From a virus (Duplodnaviria > Caudoviricetes), in the IMG/VR virus record IMGVR_UViG_3300031949_000108, positions 1-36,402 of that record: DNA of 36,402 nt, one strand, 5' to 3'. Positions 7,818 to 17,016 of this stretch are shown here, piece by piece. The notes under the pieces were generated by a model. The model was not told where the DNA came from and searched no databases. It saw only the letters and a program-made list of their open reading frames with translations. A program made the position numbers and the translations under genes. Numbering within the stretch: position 1 is the stretch's first letter; each line of letters begins with the position of its first letter.

Positions 7818-9782
7818 TTAAACTGGGCACTTGTCAAGAAGACTAGGAGATACACTACATATGTATGTAACACCACATGCTGGATTGGCTGCTATTGCCA
7901 TAGCTACATAGTCACTAACTGACTGGGGTACTACAACAGCAGTTCCAAAGTTAGAGATACCTCCAACGCCTCTCTGTAATAAAAGATTGAAGTACCAAAA
8001 GTAAGGGAATGTCTGATAGTAATAACGTGGTGTTATAGGAAACGAGCAAGTACCCTGTAAAATAAACCTTCTCGACGCATCCCAATAAACGTCGTAAGGC
8101 CATAATGAAACCTTCTTTGTACCACCAACCGCACCTACCTGGTCAAAAACCCAGTGTGTTCCTGGGGCACTAGCTGGAGTACCAAATGTCGTATTCACAG
8201 TATCAAGTGCCCACCTGCCGTTAATAATAGCTGGCCCTAAACCGCTGATGCTTGTAAGCGTGGTTGTTTGTGGAGTTGATATGAAGTATCCGCCAGGTGG
8301 GAACCCGGCTATTGCACGAATACCAAGCTTAAGCCCCGCAACTACATCTGTTACAGGAAGCTCAAGGCGTGTAACGTCAACAAAGTTCTTGCCAACGCCC
8401 GCACGCCCTTCTCCGCCCATGTTTATTACTTGCTTACCGTCACTCACCCATCCAATTTGTATTTCTGCACTGAAAGACTCGATATTTGTCTCGAACCATG
8501 CTTGATCCTCAGAGTTGTAGAATACAAATAGTGGAAGCTCTAAGGTTTGTTGCTCCGGCCCGCCGCCACCGCCACCATCAATTGGGATAATAGGAACACA
8601 GTCCGGATCTTGTGGGTCGCAGTCTGGCTCTAAGGTAATAGGGTCAATGTACTCCTCTATTGGCTCGGGCTTAGGGTCGATCTCAGTAGGATCGTCAGGG
8701 GGAAAGCCGTCAGCGCATAGAGTAGGAAGGTCAGATATTTCGATCAGCTCCTCAAAGTAGGCTAGCTGCTCAGCTGTGAGAAGGAGCTTATAAGCCGCGA
8801 CGGCCTCGGGGTCACAAAGGTCGATAGGAGGAAGGTCAGGCGGTACGGGCGGGTCCGGGGGTTCGTCGCAGAAGACTTCTAGGTCGAGTGAGTTGTAAAA
8901 GGAGTCGAAGTAAGCAAGGAGAACTAGTGCTGCCGGAACTGTTACGCCAAGAGCTATAAGTGTGGCACGATAGGCGGCTACAGCGGACTCATCACATATA
9001 TCAGGAAACTCAGGGTATTCAAATGTGACGCATAGGGCGTTGAGGTCAATTGCAGCGTAGTAAGCATCAAATTCGTCTAGGGAAACGTCGAAGCCAAGCT
9101 CCGGAAACTCATCGTCCAAGTCTATCAGCTTCTGCCGGTACTCAGCTACCTCTTCTGGAACACAGAGGTCAGGAAAGTCTGGGAGCTTCGGCCAATCAAA
9201 CGGAGGGAGGCAGTCATCAACTTCAGGATCGTCACCCTCCTCGTCACAAAGGTCTGTGAACTCAATTGGCGTGTCACAGCGTCCGAAAAGGTGAATGGCT
9301 AAGAAACGTGGGGAGAGAGTAGCGCTGTTAGTAGGATTATGTGTAATCCACACCATGTCAACGCCCGTTCGCTCAAGGGCTAAGCTCAAGTCAAACATCT
9401 TGGTAAGACCGGACGGTACACCGACGAATGCGTTACTTAGGTCAATCCGGCGTCTAAGTGTCCATTCTCCTGAGTCGGTATCACGAGTCCACATTTCCAG
9501 GAGTGGTTGCTCGCCGACTCCGTAGAAGGGGCGTAGCTTTACCTTAGCTCCCCAGAAGTATTCGGGGCGGCGTTGGAAGGTTATTAGACAACCAAGATGG
9601 ACAGACTCTGTTACTAAGTCAAGTGGTGTAGAAAAGGGGAGGCCCGTAGCAGCTATATCTTCATCTGTTCCCCAAGACGAGGGGCTATCACCTGGTAGGT
9701 CTTCATCATAGGTCTCAGTGGCCTCTATAGTATAGTTTATAACAGTGTCGGTTCCTACCCGACGTATGCGGCCCTGACCCAT
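7818..9782 (-). CDS. 654-aa acidic tail-associated protein with three Cys-flanked helical repeats
   Basis: TAATG-coupled to the upstream gene; the central region has PDLC.PE.VA.Y...L....F..Y...DL..LC three times, with Pro/Asp/Glu-rich linkers. Confidence 0.7.
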   Translation of the reverse strand: MGQGRIRRVGTDTVINYTIEATETYDEDLPGDSPSSWGTDEDIAATGLPFSTPLDLVTESVHLGCLITFQRRPEYFWGAKVKLRPFYGVGEQPLLEMWTRDTDSGEWTLRRRIDLSNAFVGVPSGLTKMFDLSLALERTGVDMVWITHNPTNSATLSPRFLAIHLFGRCDTPIEFTDLCDEEGDDPEVDDCLPPFDWPKLPDFPDLCVPEEVAEYRQKLIDLDDEFPELGFDVSLDEFDAYYAAIDLNALCVTFEYPEFPDICDESAVAAYRATLIALGVTVPAALVLLAYFDSFYNSLDLEVFCDEPPDPPVPPDLPPIDLCDPEAVAAYKLLLTAEQLAYFEELIEISDLPTLCADGFPPDDPTEIDPKPEPIEEYIDPITLEPDCDPQDPDCVPIIPIDGGGGGGPEQQTLELPLFVFYNSEDQAWFETNIESFSAEIQIGWVSDGKQVINMGGEGRAGVGKNFVDVTRLELPVTDVVAGLKLGIRAIAGFPPGGYFISTPQTTTLTSISGLGPAIINGRWALDTVNTTFGTPASAPGTHWVFDQVGAVGGTKKVSLWPYDVYWDASRRFILQGTCSFPITPRYYYQTFPYFWYFNLLLQRGVGGISNFGTAVVVPQSVSDYVAMAIAANPACGVTYICSVSPSLLDKCPV

Positions 9783-11101
9783 TATCCGTGACCCCAGTAG
9801 TGGAATACTCGGCGCTTCCTGTCGAAGGAGGTAGCAGCTCCTAGGCTGAACTTGGCTGCGGCGTATAGGTCGTCTATAGCACCGGTTAATCGGTCAGCTA
9901 CCAAACCAGCACCGCCCTGGAAGCGGCTGATCCTATAGATACCATCACGCGCAGCAAACAGCAACGCATTTTCTATTTGTAGGATTGTACCAGGGTTGAA
10001 GCAGCCTATACCTTGGCGAGATGAAGCTGATGCTAATACTGGTAGCACTTTGTAATCTTCAAAGTTTTCACCTATTACACCGTAGGTAGCGTTAGTCTTA
10101 AAAGCTACCAGCCACTCGTGCAAGGAGCAAAGGGCGGTAAGGATATCACCATCACCTGGCGCTACTGGCTGTACATAGTCCTCGGGCCAACCTTCGGGGA
10201 CCATGTAATCAGCGTTTATGTTGGAGAAGCGGATAAGATTAGGTTCGTCAGCAAAAACGCCCGCTATTTGACCTCGATGTTCTGCTAGGGAAATAGCGGG
10301 TGCTGGAGGAGGGGTGTTGACTAGCTCTTCGGCTTGACCCTGGTTTTGGAGCACCACGTCCTTGACGTTTACTTCAATACCAACGCCAATGTCGGCTTCG
10401 TCTACAAAGTAGTATGTGCCGCCCCCGGAGATAGTTGAGTAAAGCGCCCACTTAGACACTTGTGGGTCTGTAGCTGTAGGAGAGGGGATTGTGTACTTCT
10501 GATTAGCTGCCGCAACTATCGAGCGTGCATCCTCACTGAGGTCAGACTCATGGGAGTCAGACTTAAAGGTCTGCTTGTAAAGACGTGTGCCAGCTGATAT
10601 ATTACCAGCAGTATGAGCACCCTCAGCTGATACTTTAGCGGGCGCTGTTAGCCCCATCTTCGTCAAGCGTGTACCGTCGAACTTCAGGTTCTGGTTTACA
10701 CCGTCGAAGATATAAGTGTGGTTAAGCCCAGCTGAGAGCGCTAAGAATTTGACTACACCCCCGTCTGGTACTTCAGTACGAGTCTGGTCAGCTACTGGTA
10801 GATAGGTTAAGGGTAGAAGCTGAGGGTCTCCAAACTGGATACAAGAGTAGATTTTACCGTCCTTGCCAGCGTAGAGGAGTATACGGGAGCCGTCCTCTCT
10901 AATGTGCCAGGCTAGCCCAACGCAAGGAGTAGGGAAGTCAGCGCCGTGGAAGGGGCGCAGCCCAGGACGAGACTCAACTACGCCGCCAGGAAACTGGACG
11001 TTTAGGGCCTCGTCTAGAAAGCCAGGCGAGCGACCCCTAGGACTCTTCCGTTGGAGCATCCCACGGAAGAATGAGTCCATTCGTTGAGATGCGCTGGGCA
11101 C
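9782..11101 (-). CDS. N-terminal part of the tail nozzle / tubular protein B-like beta-propeller
   Basis: 439 aa; NVQFPGGVVESRPG start, NLIRFSN...PEGWP, GDGDILTAL...WLVAFK, GIGCFNPGTI...ALLFAARDGIY match podoviral nozzle motifs; lies two genes downstream of the adaptor. Confidence 0.7.
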   Translation of the reverse strand: MPSASQRMDSFFRGMLQRKSPRGRSPGFLDEALNVQFPGGVVESRPGLRPFHGADFPTPCVGLAWHIREDGSRILLYAGKDGKIYSCIQFGDPQLLPLTYLPVADQTRTEVPDGGVVKFLALSAGLNHTYIFDGVNQNLKFDGTRLTKMGLTAPAKVSAEGAHTAGNISAGTRLYKQTFKSDSHESDLSEDARSIVAAANQKYTIPSPTATDPQVSKWALYSTISGGGTYYFVDEADIGVGIEVNVKDVVLQNQGQAEELVNTPPPAPAISLAEHRGQIAGVFADEPNLIRFSNINADYMVPEGWPEDYVQPVAPGDGDILTALCSLHEWLVAFKTNATYGVIGENFEDYKVLPVLASASSRQGIGCFNPGTILQIENALLFAARDGIYRISRFQGGAGLVADRLTGAIDDLYAAAKFSLGAATSFDRKRRVFHYWGHG

Positions 11102-11107
11102 AAGCGG

Positions 11108-11482
11108 CTAGACTCCAAAGGTCCTAGGGCTTACATCATTAGCACTATCTATAAAGCTTAACGTTACTTCAGTAGCGGCTCCACCAGCAACAATACAAGT
11201 TAATCCCCTATTAAATCCTAATTCAAGACTACTTACCTCTTTTACTACCGAGATGTCTAGTGTAAACATTTGGGTCGTAGGATCAGTAGTACCGCCAGCG
11301 GGAGTGTCATAAAACTTAGCAGTAGTCCCAGTATTAACTACTCCGCAGATAACAGCGCTAAGCGTGCCCGCCCCAGCCGCGCATATTACCGCAGTCTGCG
11401 CTCCTATAATATGCGCGTAGTTACGCTCGCCATAAGCACGTTCTACTCGCCTACCAACAGGGCCGATTAAAAGTGATGCCAT
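11108..11482 (-). CDS. Small beta-rich virion protein
   Basis: 124 aa, GGGGG SD, lies between adaptor and nozzle. Confidence 0.6.
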   Translation of the reverse strand: MASLLIGPVGRRVERAYGERNYAHIIGAQTAVICAAGAGTLSAVICGVVNTGTTAKFYDTPAGGTTDPTTQMFTLDISVVKEVSSLELGFNRGLTCIVAGGAATEVTLSFIDSANDVSPRTFGV

Positions 11483-11495
11483 TATTTATTCCCCC

Positions 11496-12242
11496 TTAAA
11501 GTTCTTCCTCTAGGTAACCTTCTACCGGCTCCTCATCCCTAGTCTGTTTAGGATGAGCGGCTCGTGATACCAACTCTTTCTTCGTAACCCAACTCTGAGC
11601 TAAGCTAGGGTATTGCTCGGATAGATTATGCTTGTGAACGGCTATATAGCAGCTGTAGGCTAGCACGGCATCAATCATCAGGGTAGTCATACCAGTGCCG
11701 TCGAAAGTACCAAGGTACGCTAGAGTAACAGGGCATGCCACGTAAGCAAGATGAGTCTCTACAGCTGATGTGTAACTAAAGCGGGGAGCTATCAAGATAT
11801 AAGGCTCATCGGGGCCATAGATTACGTCATAGCGGTAGCTCTGGACGCCTACTGTGCTATTGGTGTCAAACGCTCCGTTGCGGAAGACTCGCTGTGTAAC
11901 GTTGGCGTACTCTAGGGTTACATCCTCATTGTTCACTGGCTCAAGAACTAGCAGCTGATGAAAGTCAGGTGGGAGTAGGAGGCGAGAGCGGTTAATTGCT
12001 AGCTGAAGGAGGGAGGTGTTATAACTCACGCCCCCAATAGTTATAACACCATCCGTAGACGACAGCTCACGAACAAACCAGTTTTGCTGATTCTCGCGCG
12101 CAGTCTGCCAGACCTCACGAACACCCTCGTTTAGATACTCAAGGAGTTCGCTGCGACTCCAAAACGTGCCCTCGCCTGTTTCGCTGTCAAGGCGCTTCCT
12201 AATACGTTGGAGCAAGCTTACGACGGTTTCAGTAGAGTACAT
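11496..12242 (-). CDS. Head-tail adaptor / tail tubular protein A-like
   Basis: LLQRIRKRLD...FWSRSELLEYLNEG...LLPPDF...DAVLAYSCY pattern of podoviral adaptors; position after the head genes. Confidence 0.7.
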   Translation of the reverse strand: MYSTETVVSLLQRIRKRLDSETGEGTFWSRSELLEYLNEGVREVWQTARENQQNWFVRELSSTDGVITIGGVSYNTSLLQLAINRSRLLLPPDFHQLLVLEPVNNEDVTLEYANVTQRVFRNGAFDTNSTVGVQSYRYDVIYGPDEPYILIAPRFSYTSAVETHLAYVACPVTLAYLGTFDGTGMTTLMIDAVLAYSCYIAVHKHNLSEQYPSLAQSWVTKKELVSRAAHPKQTRDEEPVEGYLEEEL

Positions 12243-12715
12243 TAGGCTAGTCCTTGGGCAGTACGCGGCACTGCCACTCGACGCCCTTCATCCCAAGCCA
12301 GCTTATCATACAAATCAGCACCCGCGCCCGAGTGCTCAAATGTATTAGATCGTCTAACACCCTGACGCTCAGCCTCTTCTCTTTCTTCAATTCGTGCTGC
12401 AAGCCGTGTAGCACGGGTTAGAGCGTCACCGGGGCCTAGGTCCATGTAGTCTGGGTCCTGAGAACGAAGGTAGGCAACCAAGCGGTCTGCGTGTGGTAGG
12501 CGCTTAGGTTCGTACTGACCTACAAGGTAGAAGCCATCTCGCATTCGGATAAAGGTGTCGATAGCTTCACGAGGATACTGATCGGGGTTTATATCAGCAC
12601 GCCTGTAGTTAGCCTTACGCTCTAACAGCCACTTTTCTTTTGAACTAGACCAGCGCATTCTACAATCGGGATAAGCCCGTTGGAGAATCTTGTTGTAATT
12701 AGGTGGTAAGTTCAT
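12242..12715 (-). CDS. Hypothetical protein (morphogenesis operon)
   Basis: 157 aa, TAATG-coupled to the adaptor gene. Confidence 0.7.
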   Translation of the reverse strand: MNLPPNYNKILQRAYPDCRMRWSSSKEKWLLERKANYRRADINPDQYPREAIDTFIRMRDGFYLVGQYEPKRLPHADRLVAYLRSQDPDYMDLGPGDALTRATRLAARIEEREEAERQGVRRSNTFEHSGAGADLYDKLAWDEGRRVAVPRTAQGLA

Positions 12716-12723
12716 GACTAACC

Positions 12724-13263
12724 TTAGGCTACACCAGCCATATCTTTGACAGCCGAATCAATCTCGGCATCAGAGACAGACTGTACAGCTTCAGCGATCT
12801 CCTCAGCAGCATGTTTGATGATGGCACTTGACACGGCCTGTTGAGCCTGCCGCTCATTTCGAGTCACGTTATCCACGGCACCGGTGGCCGATGGGTTTAA
12901 GTAGACTCGACGCATAGTCTTCCCGGTAGTAGGGTCAACACGGTTCAAGCTAGGCATGTTCTCCACGTCCAGGAGTTCTTTTCGATTTATATCAACCGAG
13001 GTCAAGTCTGACTCATCCGTTGAGCCACCAAGGATACAAAGCTTGTAGTGGTAGGATGCGGGGATAGGCGGGTCTTGATTCTCATCGCCGGGGTTAAAGC
13101 GATAAAGACTCTTGTTGAGAAGCCACTCCGCAATAGGGCGGGCAATGTTTACTACCTCGCCTGGTTTAAACTCAAGGTGTTTACCGTCATAGGTAAGATG
13201 TACAGCTCTATCTATTACACGATTCTTCAACTGTACAATGTTCATCAACTCGCCAATTTGCAT
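12724..13263 (-). CDS. Hypothetical protein (morphogenesis operon)
   Basis: 179-aa ORF colinear with its neighbours. Confidence 0.7.
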   Translation of the reverse strand: MQIGELMNIVQLKNRVIDRAVHLTYDGKHLEFKPGEVVNIARPIAEWLLNKSLYRFNPGDENQDPPIPASYHYKLCILGGSTDESDLTSVDINRKELLDVENMPSLNRVDPTTGKTMRRVYLNPSATGAVDNVTRNERQAQQAVSSAIIKHAAEEIAEAVQSVSDAEIDSAVKDMAGVA

Positions 13264-13314
13264 AACCGTCTCGCTTTCTGTCCTCTGCTAGGACTACCGT
13301 CAAAGGTAAAGCAG

Positions 13315-13350
13315 CCCCCTCTCCCGTTGACGGCTGGACGGGAGAGGGGG
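13315..13350 (-). terminator. Probable leaky intrinsic terminator after the capsid and decoration genes
   Basis: 13-bp stem CCCCCTCTCCCGT/ACGGGAGAGGGGG followed on the minus strand by CTGCTTTACCTTT (imperfect U tract). Confidence 0.6.
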
Positions 13351-13395
13351 ACAGGGCGTCACCTACCATGCTAGCTAGGTAGGGGATTCCCAGGA

Positions 13396-13893
13396 TTAAC
13401 CATAAGAAGCGCTAGGGAGGTTAGCGTCGTCAGTGTTAATCAAGCTATCACCCCAAAGCACAACAACGGTAGGGCGTACAGTAGTAGCCGCTGGCGTCGA
13501 GTTGTCAGCAAGCTTAGCATCAACCTCAAGGTCAGTAGCATACGGAATACCAACACCATCAGCCCCGCCGTAGAAGTACACTTCTGCATAACCACCGGAA
13601 GGAACCGTTGTCTGAGCGATAGTAATGTTATTATCGGTGAACCATACTCTACTCAGTGCAGTTCCACCAACGATCCACGCTCCGTACAACCTACCAACAC
13701 CGGAGGCATCAACATCAACGTTTGAATCAACCAGGGTAAGGGAAGCAATCTGGATGTCGGGAACCTTAACCCCATTCCCTTGAAGGTTCTCAATGGCCTG
13801 GATAAGACCACGGAGTCCGTGAACGGGAATACGACCAAGTGTTAAGGCATGCTTCTGGTAAAGCTCTTCTTTAACTTTGCTTCTAAGCGACAT
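13396..13893 (-). CDS. Putative capsid decoration / minor capsid protein
   Basis: 165 aa, strong GAGGAG SD, directly after the major capsid gene and before the terminator; beta-rich C-terminal part. Confidence 0.6.
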   Translation of the reverse strand: MSLRSKVKEELYQKHALTLGRIPVHGLRGLIQAIENLQGNGVKVPDIQIASLTLVDSNVDVDASGVGRLYGAWIVGGTALSRVWFTDNNITIAQTTVPSGGYAEVYFYGGADGVGIPYATDLEVDAKLADNSTPAATTVRPTVVVLWGDSLINTDDANLPSASYG

Positions 13894-13921
13894 TTGTTTT
13901 CTCCTCTCTGATTAGGAACGA

Positions 13922-13946
13922 CGGCGGGAGGCCCATCCCCCCGCCG
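13922..13946 (-). other. GC-rich hairpin between capsid and decoration genes
   Basis: CGGCGGG...CCCGCCG inverted repeat with no U tract; may stabilise the mRNA or pause transcription. Confidence 0.45.
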
Positions 13947-13961
13947 ACGCCACTATGTTAG

Positions 13962-15257
13962 TTACCTGACGTGAGCAACCACGACAGTCGTGTTAATACC
14001 GTCTAAGCGTCCCAATGCCAACGGCTTTCCGTGGCAGCGGTTGTAGAACATACGAGCATACGCCGTGAAAGCATCCACGCCGTAAACCTGCTTCAGAACT
14101 GCTCCGGACTCGCTGGCCCACTCGAACTCAGTGTTCGGGAAGTTCACCGCTTCCGTCCAGTCCATGTCAAACCAGATGCGATAAGGAGCATCCTTGTCTA
14201 CGCAGAGGGGAACGCCGCCACATTCCGGCCTGTTCGCCTCTCCACGAGCATTGCCCTTGAACCCAACGTCATTATCCGCAGCCCCGCCAGAACTGATAAA
14301 CTGACGGTTTGCCACGGTGAGCGCCAGATATGAGCGCCGGGTGCTGTGGTGCATCCAGGACTCGGTTGCAACACCCTTTCCAATTTGATCGACGACATCC
14401 CGCATTTGCTGAATAACGTCGAGGTTCAGTGCGCCAACAGCAGGGAATACAGTAGAGCGAGCTAGCGACTGAGTAGTACGGTTGAATCCGAAGTAGTCGT
14501 TGATGTACGTGCCATCATCACACATACCAAGCAATCCCATAGGATCGGTAAGGTATGACACGTCGGCTACGACGGCGGTAGTAAGAGTAGGAGACCGGAC
14601 TATAATTGCGTTGTCCGGACATTCTGCGGCTGAAAGGGCAGAGCTAAGGGTAACACTAGCGCCGTTAGCCGCAATAGACACTACCTCACGAGAGACACAG
14701 GCGGTAGAGGCAGTAGTTGGGATAATAGCGATTCGCATCCCGGGCTGCAAGAAGCGAGCGCCGTTGATGGTGCCAGCGATACCCATAGGGCTGTCAACGT
14801 TAAGGGTAGTAGTATCATCTCCAGCAGCGCTAGCTAGTGCGAGAATGCCACGGCCATCGGCCCAAGCAATCTCGTTATGGTAGTCGAAGAATGACTCCTT
14901 GAAGCGATCCATCTCAAAGTCGAGGGCGCGGGCGAATGAGCCCTTGTCCGAACGAGCAATCTTGATGGTAGGAGCATCGATGCCGATGGAACCCCACGTA
15001 AAACGGATCGGGACTTCCATGTCGGCAGCCGGGGTGTGCTGCGGGTTGGGGAGAGGACCACCAGGACGACCCGAGCCGAACGCCTGAGTACGACCAGTGA
15101 TGAGAGGCCACTTGATAACTTCTCGGCCTTCCCAGGTCTCTTTAGGCGCTCTCTTAAACCTATTGTAGAGCGCGATCTCGTTGTTCATCAGGTTAAGTAC
15201 CATAGAACGGTACACCTGCTTGAGCATCGAGGCGAAATTAGTTAGTGACTGTGCCAC
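13962..15257 (-). CDS. Major capsid protein (HK97 fold, with an insertion domain)
   Basis: 431 aa, GTG start with AAGGAG SD, follows the scaffold; MLKQVY, EGREVIKWP, ARSDKGSFARALDFEM, WADGRG, FLQPGMRI and PMGLLG motifs resemble podoviral coat proteins. Confidence 0.85.
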   Translation of the reverse strand: MAQSLTNFASMLKQVYRSMVLNLMNNEIALYNRFKRAPKETWEGREVIKWPLITGRTQAFGSGRPGGPLPNPQHTPAADMEVPIRFTWGSIGIDAPTIKIARSDKGSFARALDFEMDRFKESFFDYHNEIAWADGRGILALASAAGDDTTTLNVDSPMGIAGTINGARFLQPGMRIAIIPTTASTACVSREVVSIAANGASVTLSSALSAAECPDNAIIVRSPTLTTAVVADVSYLTDPMGLLGMCDDGTYINDYFGFNRTTQSLARSTVFPAVGALNLDVIQQMRDVVDQIGKGVATESWMHHSTRRSYLALTVANRQFISSGGAADNDVGFKGNARGEANRPECGGVPLCVDKDAPYRIWFDMDWTEAVNFPNTEFEWASESGAVLKQVYGVDAFTAYARMFYNRCHGKPLALGRLDGINTTVVVAHVR

Positions 15258-15279
15258 GATTGTTCTCCTTTAGCTAGTA

Positions 15280-16176
15280 TTAAGCCCTGTCCTCGCTGGG
15301 GAGCGAAGAACGATAGCGATTCCGCGCTTCCCTCCACCATTCAGTAAGAGCGGGGCCAGATAACTCTTTTGGTGGTGTAAGGTCAAATACAGGTTCGGGT
15401 GCCTCCGCGACAGAGCCACGGTTGCTCCCTCCGCTGAGTAAGGCCTCGCGGTTACGTTGGATGCGTTCAAGCGGTTTCGCTCCTTGCGTTTTTAAGATAG
15501 GATTTGCAAAGGATGTACGAACCCGAGCAAACGCTTCCTCGATTGCTGCTTTTTGTGTTGATGGCCGCTTGTAGCGGGCAAGCAGTTCAGCATCCTCCTC
15601 CAACTCACTTCCTATAGCCCGTTCCCAACGGAGCAACTGGGTATCCGTTTCGGGCTTTACGTCGTGTGACTCTAGCTCCTCACGAATATACGCAACACCT
15701 TGCATTGCGTACTGCTCCTTTATGAGTTCGTCTCGTTCTCGGTTAGAACGAGCACTGCTAAGGACCTCATCACCCTCTTCACCGTAGGCCTCGGCAATAG
15801 TAGCCCTTACAGCCCTACGTCTTTCCTCCGCTTGCATGCCCTCGGGGGTACGTCTTCGTGCCTCCTCAAGCATCCTCTTTGCATCTTCATCTCGCTTCTT
15901 GTAGGCTGCTAGCTCCGCTGCGAGTGCGTCACGCTCTGCGGCATCTGCACGAGCCTTGTCACGCTGTTTAGCTAGTTTAGCTGTACGCTTTCGGAGCCCC
16001 TTGATAATGCGCTCAGGGTCGGCTTCGCCCTTATCGTCGGCGGCACGTTTGCCTTCCCCGTCGTCACTATCTTCGTCGCCGGCCTCACCGGCTTCGAGGT
16101 CTTCCTCACTACGCTCACCAGCGCTCTCTTCACCCTCTTTAGGGTCGAGTTCGTTACCGTCTTCGTCTTTGTCCAT
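15280..16176 (-). CDS. Capsid scaffolding protein
   Basis: Highly acidic N-terminus, charged coiled coil, AAGGAG SD, immediately before the major capsid gene. Confidence 0.75.
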   Translation of the reverse strand: MDKDEDGNELDPKEGEESAGERSEEDLEAGEAGDEDSDDGEGKRAADDKGEADPERIIKGLRKRTAKLAKQRDKARADAAERDALAAELAAYKKRDEDAKRMLEEARRRTPEGMQAEERRRAVRATIAEAYGEEGDEVLSSARSNRERDELIKEQYAMQGVAYIREELESHDVKPETDTQLLRWERAIGSELEEDAELLARYKRPSTQKAAIEEAFARVRTSFANPILKTQGAKPLERIQRNREALLSGGSNRGSVAEAPEPVFDLTPPKELSGPALTEWWREARNRYRSSLPSEDRA

Positions 16177-16191
16177 TTGCCGTCTCCTTTT

Positions 16192-16407
16192 TTAGTATGG
16201 TGCTGGTCCTAGGTCGGAAAGGTTCTGCATTTCCCTTCCTACCTCTTCTAGACGTTTCTCTGAAGCCTTTAGCTTAGCTTGCAGTTGATAGAAGGGATCG
16301 GTTGAGATGATCGCTTCTATCTCGGGGCTAAGCTTACTTTCTACCACTGGAGGGTCTGGTGCCTCACGCTCAAGCTTCAAGTTGCTTAGGTATGAACCAA
16401 GTGGCAT
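16192..16407 (-). CDS. Hypothetical protein
   Basis: 71 aa, tightly packed between its neighbours. Confidence 0.6.
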   Translation of the reverse strand: MPLGSYLSNLKLEREAPDPPVVESKLSPEIEAIISTDPFYQLQAKLKASEKRLEEVGREMQNLSDLGPAPY

Positions 16408-16408
16408 A

Positions 16409-16738
16409 TTAAGTGGCTGTGGCTGTCGGTGTCGGCGTTAAGGTTGGTGTGGGGCTTGCAGTACCAAACACCGGGGAGCTAAGGGTGTAAACCAGTGTAA
16501 AGTCGTCGCTGGAATTACACAAGTAAACGTTGCCATTAGGGTCGGCTACAGCACATGGGCTGGCGCAAGGGCAGGCGGGTGCTGCCGAAGGCTGAGGCAG
16601 ATTTTGAAAGTATGGAACGTCCGGCTGCGCTGTAGCAGTAGCCATAGGCTCTCCTACAATGCGGACAGGACCAGCGCCGTAAGCAAACGGAACCAGTAGG
16701 AGCATAGTGTACAGAGCTAAGAACGATTTGATTCTCAT
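16409..16738 (-). CDS. Small signal-peptide protein with four Cys and a Pro/Thr tail
   Basis: MRIKSFLALYTMLLLVPFAYG|AGP; CPCASPC...YLC; ends TASPTPTLTPTPTATAT; GGAGGAG SD. Confidence 0.75.
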   Translation of the reverse strand: MRIKSFLALYTMLLLVPFAYGAGPVRIVGEPMATATAQPDVPYFQNLPQPSAAPACPCASPCAVADPNGNVYLCNSSDDFTLVYTLSSPVFGTASPTPTLTPTPTATAT

Positions 16739-16750
16739 TGTGCTCCTCCG

Positions 16751-17014
16751 TTACGGCTTTGTGGTATTAACAATAAGCCCGTTACCATCCGCGTTGGGTC
16801 GAATGTAAACGGTCTGACTATTGGTATTGATGAGAGCTAAATAGGTAATTAGTGTATCGGTCTCGCCCCTGCCAACAATGGCGACAACACCCTTCTCATC
16901 AGAATAGAGCTTAATCGTCCCATCAACGCCATCGCCCATCTCTTTGTGCTCACGCCGGTTCATGCCAGTCAACTTGGCAGCCAGCGTGTCATTCGTTACA
17001 ATTGTAAGTGACAT
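16751..17014 (-). CDS. Small virion-region protein
   Basis: 87 aa, GAGGAG SD. Confidence 0.65.
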   Translation of the reverse strand: MSLTIVTNDTLAAKLTGMNRREHKEMGDGVDGTIKLYSDEKGVVAIVGRGETDTLITYLALINTNSQTVYIRPNADGNGLIVNTTKP

Positions 17015-17016
17015 AA

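Noticed and set aside
1-9782. Diversity-generating retroelement or invertible tail-fibre cassette
   Set aside because: No reverse transcriptase or invertase, and no near-identical nucleotide repeat pair seen; the repeats are diverged and at protein level.
7818-9782. Intron or homing endonuclease interrupting the nozzle gene
   Set aside because: No HNH, GIY-YIG or LAGLIDADG motifs, no room for intron core structure, and the insert is a translationally coupled ORF.
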